Shown: positions 50,901 to 62,900 of the stretch, in pieces
Layout: each line of letters begins with the position of its first letter
How positions within the stretch are numbered: the first letter of the stretch is position 1
Assembly: GCA_036785375.1 (NCBI GenBank)
Contig: JAWMAR010000077.1
Location: forward strand, 248,001 to 312,000
Direction of reading: 5' to 3'
DNA: 64,000 bases
From: Leucoraja ocellata
Taxonomy: Eukaryota
Program-made: the position numbers and the translations under genes
Notes under the pieces: generated by a model
Databases searched by the model: none
What the model saw: only the letters and a program-made list of their open reading frames with translations
Told to the model about the DNA's origin: nothing

Positions 50901-53900
50901 CAATGCCCCCACCAAAGAAGCTAAGAATACCATTAGCCTTCTTTGCCACTCTATCTACTTATGTTGCAACTTTCGGGGAACCATGGACCTGGACTACAAC
51001 ATCCTCACATGTCAGTGCTGATAAGGGTCTTGCCATTCAACCATGTACATTCTTTTTCCATTCGACCTCCCAATGTGCTGCAGAACACATTTGGTCAGAT
51101 TAAACTTAATCTACCATTTCTCTGCCCACTTCTGTAGTTGTTCTGTATTCTTTCACAGCCTTCCTCACTCCCACAAACTTGGTGTCATCTGGAAACTTAC
51201 TAACTAACCTGTCTATGTCCAAGTCATTGATATACATCACAGATGACAGAGATCCAGCACAGATCCCTGTAGAACTTGCATGGGGATCCGAGGAGAGATA
51301 GCTGAACGAATAGAAAATTGGCTTCATGGAAGGAATGATGGTGTAAGGTTGCTTCTCGGACTGGAGGCCTGTGACCAGTGGTGTGCCTCAGGGTTCAGCA
51401 CTGGGCCTGTAACTCTTTGTCGTCTATATCAATGATTTAGATGAGAATATACACGGTAAGATGAGCAGGTTTGCAGAGGAGACAAAGATGAGTAGTTTTA
51501 CACGTAGTGAAGATGGTTGTGAAAATTGCTGAGGAATGGTTCATGGAATTTAATGCAGAAATATGTGAGGTGTTGCATTTTAGGAAGTCTAACATGGGCT
51601 AGACCTACACAATGAATGGTAGGGCTCTGGATAATGTTGTAGAGCAGAGAGAGCAAGAGGTGCAGGTGCATAGTTCCCTGAAGGTAGAGTCCCAGCTAGA
51701 TCGGGAGGTCAAAAAGACTTTTGGAGCATTGGCCTTCATCAGCCAGAGTATTGAGCATAGTATGGAGGTCATGCTGCATTTGTATATGATGTTGGTGAGG
51801 CCGCTTTCAAAAAATGTAATATTGTAGATCAAGTAAAATGTGCCTTGGCATCTGTTGATTCTTATATTTTTCATCTCCAAATGTTCGTCAGTTCTTTCCT
51901 TTATCTGGGATTCGTTATTTTTCCTACCATTGATGTTGAGATAACTGGTCTATAATTGTACAGCATTATTATTGTTGTGTATACTAAGATACAATTAAAA
52001 AATAGTTTTGTGTGCCATCTACAAAAGTCATACCATACACAAATACAACACGTCCTACAAGAGGAAAAGACCAGCAAGGAACTTAATGCTATAGGTACAA
52101 AGGTCAAGCATGTAAAAAAAAGTGAAAGGACTGTAACAAGGTAGATTGGAAGATCAGGAATTCGTCCTTAACATATGAGAGGTGCATTTAAGAATCTGAT
52201 AACAGTGAGGAAAAAACTGTGCTTAAATCTGGTGGTATGTGCTTTCAAGCATTTATACCTTCCTCCTGATGGGAGAAGAAAGAATGACTGGGGTGAGAAT
52301 GGTGCTTGATTATGTTAGGTGCATTGCCAAGGCAGCGTGAGATATAGATGCAGTCGAAGGGAGGGAGATTGGTTTGTGCAATGGACGTGGCCATGTCCAG
52401 CATTCTCTGTAATTTCTTGCAGTCATTGGCAGAGTAGTTGCCAAATCAAACGATGATACATTCTGATGAGATGCTCGCTAAGGTGCATCTGTTGAAACAC
52501 ACTCCACGGTTTGTTGTGGAGGCTACTGCTGAATAAATCTCAGGAAGTACATAGATTTCCAGATTTGAGGTCTGGGATGTGGGACAGAGGGAAGGCATTA
52601 TCATCACCTCGGTCACTGCCAATCAGTCACCTCGGTGACTGCCAATCACCCCCCCCCCCCCTCCCCCCTGGACACTTCTTATTATTTATTCAAATTGTTT
52701 GCTATGTCGCTCTTCCAGGGAGATGCTAAATGCATTTTGTTGTCTCTGTACTGTACACTGACAATGACAATTAAAATTGAATCTGAATCTGAATCATGGA
52801 AACACGGGAACTAAAGATGCTGGAAACATGAAAAGACACAAAGTGCTAGAGTAACTAGGCTGGTCAGGCAACACCTGTGGAAGGAATGGGTAGACGACAT
52901 TGGAATTTCAGACTGATTGTAATGAAGAATTGTACAAGTTACGCCCCTGTCCCACTTAGGAAACGTGAACGGAAACCTCTGAAGACTTTGAGCCCCACCC
53001 AAGGTTAGCGTGTGGTTCCCGGAGGTTGCAGGTGGTTGCCGGAGGTTGCAGATAGTGGAAGCAGGTAGGGAGACTGACAAAAACCTCTGGGAACCTCCGG
53101 GAAGCGCACAGAAACCTTGGGTGGGGCGCAAAGTCTCCAGAGGTTTCCGTTCAGGTTTCCTAAGTGGGACAGGGGCATAAGTGGGACAGGGGCATAAGGA
53201 TTCGCCAGACTAAATGCTGATGGAGAAGGCACAACCAGGCCGAGGAATATGGACTACTACACCTGGGTTGCTTTAATGTGTACCCTACTGACTACAGCAT
53301 GTTCTTTATCGTTAGGAAACATGACAACGGTGCAGTCACAGCAGGGGCACAGTGATAACTGTGCAGCAGCCATCCCCACCTGTACCCAGACATTGAACAG
53401 CACTTCATACAACGAAGGCTTCACATTCCTCCTGTCTCTTTGCCACACGCCCACCATCAGCAGCATCACACCTTCCAACGGGACCCTGTTCGACAGACTA
53501 ACCATTGTGGGCACTGGATTCAGCAATGTCACCTGTGCGAATGAGGTAATTCAATATGGTTTTCACCTTTGTTCCTCTTGGCATTGCTGGCCTGGGGAGT
53601 GACTGTGAGCAGCTTCCTGAACTGCCCTGGCCTTCAGGCAAAGTTGCTGCCGTGGTGATGGTCATGGTTCAGACCAAGGGATGGCGCTGTGTTTCATCGT
53701 ACAATCACAACACATTTAATTTAGCCCCTACACATTATGTAACTATCTGTGTTTACCTCTGTAATTATATTGTATTGAAAAAAATACAACACAAGATTTA
53801 AAAAAAATACAGAGCTCTCTATACCCAGTGAGGTAGTCTCCCTCTTTCTATATCTCCCTCTCTTTCTATCTATATCTCTTCCAGTCCAACTCACTACCCC

Positions 53901-56900
53901 TATTTCACTTTATTTTCCCCTCCTTGCCCCCCACACACATACACCCCTCGTATTTTTCTCTTCTCTCTCTCTCTCTCGCTTCAGTCTTTCTGTCATTTCC
54001 CTCTCTACATTTCCCTCTCTTTCTCTCTCACAATGTCTCTCTCTCCCTCTTTCTCCCAGGTACGTTGCCCCCTGTAAGGACTCCATCCCTTACTCCCAAT
54101 TCCTCCGTCTATGCCGCATCTGCTCCCAGGATGAGACGTTCCACATCAGGGCATCGGAAATGTCCTCGCTCTTCAGGGAACGGGGATTCCCCTCCTCCAC
54201 CATAGATGAGGCTCGCACCAGGGTCTCTTCCATACCCCGCAACACTGCCCTCTCTCCCCATCCCCGCACTCGCAACAAGGGCAGAGTCCCCCTAGTCCTC
54301 ACCTTTCACCCCACCAGCCGGCAAATACAACAAATAATCCTCCGCCATTTCCGCCACCTCCAACGTGACCCCACCACTCGCCACATCTTCCCATCTCCCC
54401 CCATGTCTGCCTTCCACAAAGACCGCTCCCTCCGCAACTCCCTTGTCAATTCTTCCCTTCCCTCCCGTACCACCCCCTGCCCGGGCACTTTCCGTTGCAA
54501 CCGCAAGAAATGCAACACGTGTCCCTTCACCTCCCCCCTCGACTCCATTCAACGACCCAAGCAGTCGTTCCAGGTGCGACAAAGGTTCACCTGTATCTCC
54601 TCCAACCTCATCTGCTGCTCTAGATGTCAGCTGATTTACATCGGGGAGACTAAGCGGAGGTTGGGTGATCGTTTCGCCGAACACCTCCGCTCAGTCCGCA
54701 ATAACCAACCTGACCTCCCGGTGGCTCAGCACTTCAACTCCCCCTCCCATTCCCAATCCGACCTCTCTGTCCTGGGTCTCCTCCATTGCCAGAGTGAGCA
54801 ACACCGGAAATTGGAGGAACAGCACCTCATATTCCACCTGGGGACCTTGCGTCCGGATGGCATGAACGTTGAATTCTCCCAATTTTGCTAGCCCTTGCTG
54901 TCTCCTCCCCTTCCTTAACCCTCGAGCTGTCTCCTCCCATCCTCCTCCCTTTTTCCCTCCTTCTGCCCCCCACCCCCATCAGTCTGAAGAAGGGTTTCGG
55001 CCCGAAACGTCACCTATTTCCTTCGCTCCATAGATGCTGCTGCACCCGCTGAGTTTCTCCAGCATTTTTGTGTACCTTACGTTTTACTCTTTTCTGGTGT
55101 GGGCTATAATAGATTAAAGGACGTGGACGTGGGGTTCACTTTGACAGCGTAGACTGGGACAGTTTTGACAGTGTAGCCCGTTGCTTATGCTGTTCCGCTG
55201 GCCTGTTCCAGGTACGAGTCGGAGGGCGCCCTTGCGTGGTTGAACACAGTACAGAGAGCGAGCTGTTGTGCCGGGTGGATGCGCAGGGGGAGATGGAAAT
55301 CGGCGTGGCAGCCCTAGTGTCGGTGAAAGTCTACAACCACGGCTCTGCCATCTCCACTCCATCGGATGAATTCAGCCGGCGCTTCGTCCTGCTCCCTCAC
55401 GTTGATGGAGTGAGCCCCAGGCTGGGCTCCACCACAGGCCGCACCAGGGTCACCCTCACCGGCTCCGGCTTCGGACAGGACCCCAGCGCCGTGCAGGTGC
55501 AGCTGGCGGCCGTGTCTTGTACAGTGGTGTCGGTAAACTACACGCACATCCTCTGTGATTCCTCGCCCTCTATGGAGACCAGTGGGCCGGTGAGCGTTTG
55601 GGTGCGAGGATACCCGGCTGTCTGTCGCGGCTCATGTGGCTTCACCTACAACACGAGCGTCGCCCCTATCTTGCAGACCGTGTCCCCGCTAATCCTGCTC
55701 ACTGTCTACACCGAAATCACCATAAGCGGCCGCGGATTCGGCAACAGTGCAGAGCTGGTCTTTATTCTTGTGGGCAACAGCAGCTTTAAACCTACTGTTG
55801 TTTCGGACAGCAGACTGAACACTACGGTGGGACCGCTGCCCGTGGGCGCACACTCCCTGAGGGTTTTGATATCGGACAAGGGTGTTTCCCGCGAGATGCT
55901 TTGGGTCACCACTGCTGCATCCGCTTCCCTGTTACCAGCTTCAGGAGGCGTAAACGGAGGCACCACATTGTCCATCACGGGCAACGGCTTTGTCGCGGGG
56001 GAAACCACCGTCCTGGTCGATGGCTCCCCTTGTAGTATTCTCACCACGACCCCGGGTGAAGTCCAGTGTGTCACCCCACCCTGTGGCCCAGGCATCGTCA
56101 ATGTAAAGATTACAGTTCATTCCACGGTGTACCCGCTCCTCAAGTTCACCTGTAACCAGACGGAGACTCCCACCATCCTCGCTATCTCCCCAACCACCGG
56201 TGAGTTCTTCTATCTTTCAACCTCCAGCATGTATCTCCAGTCTAATATGAAGATTGAGGGGGGATCTTATAGAGACTTACAAAATTCTTAAGGGGTTGGA
56301 CGGGGTAGATGCAGGAAGATTGTTCCCGATGTTGGGGAAGTCCAGGACAAAGGGTCACAGTTTAAGGATAAAAGGGAAATCCTTTAGGACCGAGAAGAGA
56401 AAAACATTTTTCACACAGAGAGTGGTGAATCTCTGGAACTCTCTGCCACAGAAGGTAGTTGAGGCCAGTTCATTGGCTATATTTAAGAGGGAGTTAGAAG
56501 TGGCCCTTGTGGCTAAAGGGATCAGGAGGTATGGAGAAAAGGCAGGTACAGGATACTGAGTTGGATGATCAGCCATGATCATATTGAATGCGGTGCAGGC
56601 TCGAAGGGCTGAATGGCCTACTCCTGCACCTATTTTCTATGTTTCTATGAACCCTTGCACTGGGGAGTAATTTCACTCCCAATCCAGTACCTCTCAAATT
56701 CTCCCTCACCCAACCCCAACACTCCCTTCTCCATCTATCCCATTCCATCCATACCCTTCCCAAACTATCTCTCCGTCACCCAGAGTCAACACACAGCCCG
56801 CCTGACCCACCCCATCTCAATTCCCACCTTTCCATAACCATCCTATCCTCCCTCACTCAGCGCCGACACCAAACCCTTGACCCACACCATCCCCATCCGT

Positions 56901-59900
56901 CACCGGCCAGCAACATGTTCCATTCTCTCGCCCTTAAACACATCCAACCCAACCTCCACCCATCCCCAACCACCTCATCCTCCCTCACACAGAACTAGCA
57001 CCGAAACCCCCTGACCCATTCCATCACTCCAGCCCCCATCTCTAACCTACGTCACCCATTACCAACGTGCACCATCCAAACAACATCACCCCCAAGCCCC
57101 ACTATGTAATCACAAATTATCCCGCCCTTCCCCAGCCTACCCACCCTAACCCTCCACACCTCCCTTGCCATTCCCTAACATCTACCTACCATTGCCCTGG
57201 AAGATTACATGTATTGGACCTTTGCTTTAATTCCTGCCAGTGTCCCCTCACTCTGGACAATCACATCCTCCAGGGGCTGCCGGAGGGGTGAATTGCAGAA
57301 GGCAGATGTCCTAAATGATGGACCGGTTGGTTAGTATTACAAGGACATGTACAGAGAGTTAAATCGGTGGCCCAATGGCTGGTGGTGTTGCCCATGCTCC
57401 ATGTGCGCTCCTGCCTGCCTCCTTTCTTTCACCCCATCACCACATCTTTGGTGTTGCCAGTTTCCAAAGTATACGGAGTGTTCTCTGAAACATTGAATCC
57501 GAGAGGCGTTTTAACAATTCTCTCCTGTTTTAGGTGCGAGCGGAACGAGACTCACCATCGTTGGACGAAGTCTGGGATCGTTTGCCTCCGAGGTCTCAGT
57601 TTCGATAGATGGCATCTTGTGCAGTGTGACCATGGCTAACGAGAGCTGTGTGGAGTGTACTGTGGGGCATCACGCTGGGGGCACCTACCCAATTGTCCTG
57701 AAACATGCTACCAGGGGATATGCAGTAGCTGCATTCTTATTTCAATACCAACTCAACATAATCTCTGTCTTTCCGACTGAAGGCATGTATAGAGCACAAA
57801 TCCTTGAAATGTTATTGAACTTGTGAATTAGGAGCAAGAGTAGGACACTTGCCACTTGAACCAATGCGTCATTCCATGGGAACACGGCTGCTCTGTTTGT
57901 AACCCCACCTCCATAGTCGTGTCTAACCCCTTGTTTATCCTACATCCATCTGCTGCTGTCTTGCAAATATCCAAATACTCTGCTTCCACCACCTTTTGAT
58001 GGAGATCCAAAGTCTCCCACAAGATGAAACCACCTGTCTAAATCCACCCACAAGATCTTCAATGTTTTAATCAATGTGCAAATGTCTCTTTTAAACTCCA
58101 TCAGAAACAACCACGGCCTGTCTAATTTGTCAATGCAAACCATATATTCCGCGTGAGAACGTTTAAACTCATTGGAGGTGACAACGCCCTGGGCCAGGAT
58201 TAAACCCCAGTCGCGGATGCAAAAACCCAGCAGTGTGCTCCATTCCTGAGCCCCTCGGGGGAATTATTTTGACACCCCTAATTCACAAGTTTACAAGTGT
58301 TGTGCTCCTATCCTCGAAATTAGAACTAAAGCAGTACAGGAAGGAACTGCAGATGCGGGTTTAAATCGAAGACACAAAAAATCTGGAGTCATTCAGCGGG
58401 TCAGGCTGGTAGATAGAGATCGAGATGCTGACCGAACCGTTGAATTACTCCAGTTTTTGTGTGCACCTAAAGCAGGTTTTATCCAGGTCATCCTTGCACA
58501 TTAACCCGAACAGAAGGTTAACCCGAATTATCCTGATTTATAAATCAAGCATCCTTCCATAGGTCCTTGAACTGGCCCCGACACCTGGAAAGGCTTTAGC
58601 TCGCGTTTACTTGGGTCTCTCATAGTTTCGTTTTGTTTAGTTTAGTTTAGAGATACAGCATGTGTTTGGGATATTGGTGGAAACCAGAGCACCCGGAGTA
58701 ACTCCACGTGGTCACAGGGACGTACAAACTTCGTGCAGACAGTAGCCAGTCTCTGGCGCTGTTGGCAGCAACTCTACCGCCGCGTCACTAGACTGCCCTC
58801 TCATCGAGTATATATCGGATTGGACACGGAAGCCTAATTTTAACCATGCGTCTACTCTTGGTTCTTAGGCAGCTTCGGCGGTGGCCTGCTCCTGACTGTG
58901 TGGGGCACTGGATTCGATGGAGAGAGGTCGCGGGTGTTCGTATGCGACGGTGAATGCAAGGTGGAGCCGTCCACCTCCAACTCCAGCAGCCTCCGCTGCT
59001 ACCTGCCGCTGAATAACGGTGAGGACCCGTAGCGCCACGTTACCGATACCCGCTGGGCCCAGTTTACATTAGACTGGGGAGTCCACGACAGACTGCACTC
59101 CGGCTACGGGTGGGGAGGGGTGGGGAGGGGAGGAGAGGGGTGGGGAGGAGAGGAGAGGAGAGGAGAGGAGAGGAGTCTCCCTTAATCTGTGGGTTTATTC
59201 GCAATTCTCTTTGGACGTGCACCTGCCGACGTCATCACATGACCTCCTATCTCCGCCCAACCTGCCCCACATTGTGACAACTGTCAAACTCACCAATCCA
59301 TGCAGCGCTTTACCTTGCGTGGCCAATGAGAAATACGCAATCTCCTAAGTAGCTCCATCTCATTGCTGGCCAACAACCGTTCGCCACCAAACAGCCGGGA
59401 ACCCGCATTGCCCGCGATTCCTGTTGTGGGACAAAGGGTTGGCATAAACAGAAGGGGGGTATCATACCCGGCTCTTCCACATGGCAATGAATCCGGTTCA
59501 ACTGCATTAAAGGGATCATTTTGCACCATGATCATGTGTCATGTACCGTCACCGTTGGACTCCACTACCATCTGCCAGTCTCAATAACGCAACTGCACAA
59601 CTGAAGCCGGGCATACTCTTGCCGCTCTTTTAGTGACCGCCGAAAGACCTCGCATCAAAGGAAACGTTTTGGAAGAGTTGTCACTGTGTGTGTCGGAAAC
59701 GCATCAATAAATATAGACGCAGCTGATTCATGCAGCAGTGGAGCGGTGTTGCAAAACAGTTGTGTTTTGTTCTGATTGTGTTGATTGAGGGAAGAGAATC
59801 GGCTCGGATACCAGGACAGCCCTGCTGTTCAGAATAGTGCCACGGGAACTGTCCATTCAGATGTGTGTTGCTCCCTCATTACGACCCTCTCCCTCCTCAC

Positions 59901-62900
59901 AACTCACGCCCGATGTGGCCTGAAAACCGTCAAATAATATGAAACAGCCAAGTCAAGATACGACACTCCGCGTCACCATGCATCACCAATTTCCACACAT
60001 CGCCATGCGTCACCATAGGACAGGCACGTGTCGCCATAGGTTGGCATAGAACAGCACCTGTGACATCACAGCCATCAAGCGACGTCAATGTACGTCCACG
60101 ACAGGGTTGCGTCATCTGGGGCAACATTGCGATGCATCGTTTACGCATGGTGACGCACGATGACGCACAATAAATTAGCATAGGCGCCACCCGTACGTCA
60201 TCATGCGAAAGGGCGCACGACAAGATAACACACGTAGATGTCGCGCGAGGATTTTGAACATTCCAAAATCCTGGGGAGGCAGGGGACACCGCGCATCACT
60301 ACATGCATCACCACGCGTTACGACGTGTCACGACCCAACCACGACGTGACAACCTCTTTTCAGGCTGTCGCTTAAAATGTTGCCTGAGTGGGACAGGCCC
60401 TTAACTCAACAGGTCAGGCAGCATCTCTGTGGAAAAGGTATAGGTGATGTTTCCGGTCTCAGTCCTTCTTCAGTCTCACCACTATCCTGCTTTCCTTCGC
60501 TACTGCCCTTCCCACGGTGTGACACTCCCTTAGAACCGCACCTAACACAGTGCGGCACACCCTCAGTACCCCGCCTCTCATAGTGGGGCATGTCCCGAGT
60601 CAAGCTTCTCCATGGTGCAACGTTTCCTCGTCATCGCCCTTCTCACAGTGCGAAGTTCCCCCAATGCTGCTCTCCCATAGTGTGGCACACAGCACCACAC
60701 CAGAATGCCAGTCCAAGTATTGTGTTTAAAGTTCTGGGTTTACACTTGTCCAAAACCTTCTGGTTTGCATTGGAGAGAGAGTGAGATCGTCTGATCGAAC
60801 ATTTTATCCCACCGTCAAGGCCAATATCAGCTATTTCCTACATCAGAACTGTAGTGCACAGTGTGCATCGAGGCATCTGAGGTGGAGCATAACGCAGGAA
60901 TATGCATTGCTGTTTGTTGGTGTCGCCACTCTGTGCTGGCTCAGTTGCACAGCTGGTGAGGACACATCAGTGCTGCTCAGTCCCTCGAACCCCATCAACC
61001 GCTGAGTGAAGGGGCATTTTATTCTGTATTCTCCCATGTTTCATACAGCTGGAGCAGGTAGTGGGAAGTCCCAAGTGCCCTCGGTCCCAAATGCCCGCAT
61101 CTTACTGTTTCTGTCACAAGATACTTTTAGTTGGAGATGAGAGATGATTATTTGTTAGATCGCTGATGCAGACTGACCCTGTGACACCTGTCTGTCTAGG
61201 GACTGGACCTCAGCAGGAGTGCAATGTGACTGTCGCAAACAGTGAAGCTTTAAGCCAACTGCCCAGTGCTTTCACCTACGCTTCTGCTTTGACCCCTGTG
61301 GTGACCGGCATCAAGCCCAGACGAGGCGGCACAGCAGGAGGCACCAAACTGACCATCAAGGGAACTGGCTTCAGGTGAGTTAAGAACCCAATCCAATTGG
61401 ATGCCATTCGCAAAAATCTGTCAATCCGGCAAATCATTTTACGCTCCAATTTTGTTTGTTGTATTCAGGAAATATTTTACTTTACAATAAGCATGTTCAA
61501 GGGCAACAATTTTATTTTAAGTAAATTTTAATCCTAAACACACTAAAGGTAGTTTAACCTTATATGCTGGATTTTGTTGAAGCCTGTTTGAGCCTGTTCC
61601 CATTGGCATCTTGCTACCATACACTTCCACTTTAATGCCTGGTGCCTCAGCGCGAGTGGTCTCATTTGGTGAAACCAACCACACGTCTATCACAAGTTCT
61701 CACTCAGCATCCCAGCTTGTAGTGGCGTGAGACAAGCAAGATCAGTTATGCCACCAGCTCTATATCACTCTCCAAGTAATGTATGTGGGCAGTCCTATAA
61801 TCTCAGATTACATTTCAGTGTTGTGAAAAATTTAGACCCGGTTTACACCCGGCCCATGAGTTTACACCCGGCCCATGAGTACCTTGGTCATGCCATGTGG
61901 GGATTAAGCTGCATGAAGGAGAAGGGGGTCACTGGACCTCTGGCTGTTGAACCTTCTGCAATAACGAGACAGGAGCGGGGAGAGGGGTCCTATTCTCAAG
62001 AAAATCAACTGAACCAGCTATGCAACATTGGGTCCACAAGAACAGCCCAGTGACATGTATCTTCCAGCGAGTGATACCCAAAGCATCTCCTGGACAAGGC
62101 ATAACTGACGTGTGAAGGAAAACTCTCCACATGTCCATTGTACGCAGCCTCCAACAGTCAATCAGTTTAGAGACACAGACACAGCGTGGAAACAGGCCCT
62201 TTGGCCACCGAGTTCGCGCTAACCAGCAATCCCCGCACATTAACATTATCCTACACACACACACTAGGGGACAATTTACAATATTTACCGAAGCCAATTA
62301 ACCTACAAAGCCGCAGGTCTTTGGAGTGTGGGAGGCAAACGGAGCGCCCGTTAGAAATGCATTTCGTTGTCTCTGTACTGTACACTGACAATGACAATTA
62401 AAATTGAATCTGAATCTGAGAAAGCCCACGTAAGTCACGGGGAGAACGTGCAAACTCCGTACAGACAGCACCCGTGGTCAGGATTGATTCCGGGTCTCTG
62501 GCCCTGTGAGGCAGCAGCTCTACCGCTGCGCCACCGTGCCAGCCTGAGGACAACAATCAGGCTACTTGTTTGTACTCCATCCATCACCATGAAGACCTCC
62601 TCCCTCTACCACTGGAATACAGTATCTGCACTGTGTACCGTCCACTAATGCACTGCAGTACAAATGCATTCTCCCAGGGAACTGTCACAGAACCCTCAAA
62701 CCCATGACCTCAACGCTAGGACAAGAGCAGCGCACACACAGGAACACCACCACCCATGGCTCCCCCTCTTGAAAGACACTGTCCTAGATTGGAAATGTAT
62801 CACTGTTTTTGTCATTGCTACTGAACTCCCTCTCCCATAACATGCAGGGTGACCTTCATCTGAAGCACCAGAGAACAGTTATCAGCAATTCTCAAGAGTA

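Noticed and set aside
53830-54066. Long pyrimidine tract ending in CAG|GTACGT, resembling a recursive splice site or a cryptic acceptor into Penelope
   Set aside because: The intron is only ~1.7 kb, the tract is a (CT)n-type microsatellite, and phase-0 use hits TAA within six codons; no evidence of use.
54160-54891. GIY-YIG ORF as a domesticated nuclease or homing endonuclease
   Set aside because: One of four similar 5'-truncated Penelope copies with tails and TSDs; this copy also has a small deletion in the first GIY-YIG motif.
55236-56291. 351-aa ORF as a stand-alone single-exon gene
   Set aside because: It is PKHD1L1 exon w24 (55212-56199) read through the donor into intron and CR1 sequence.
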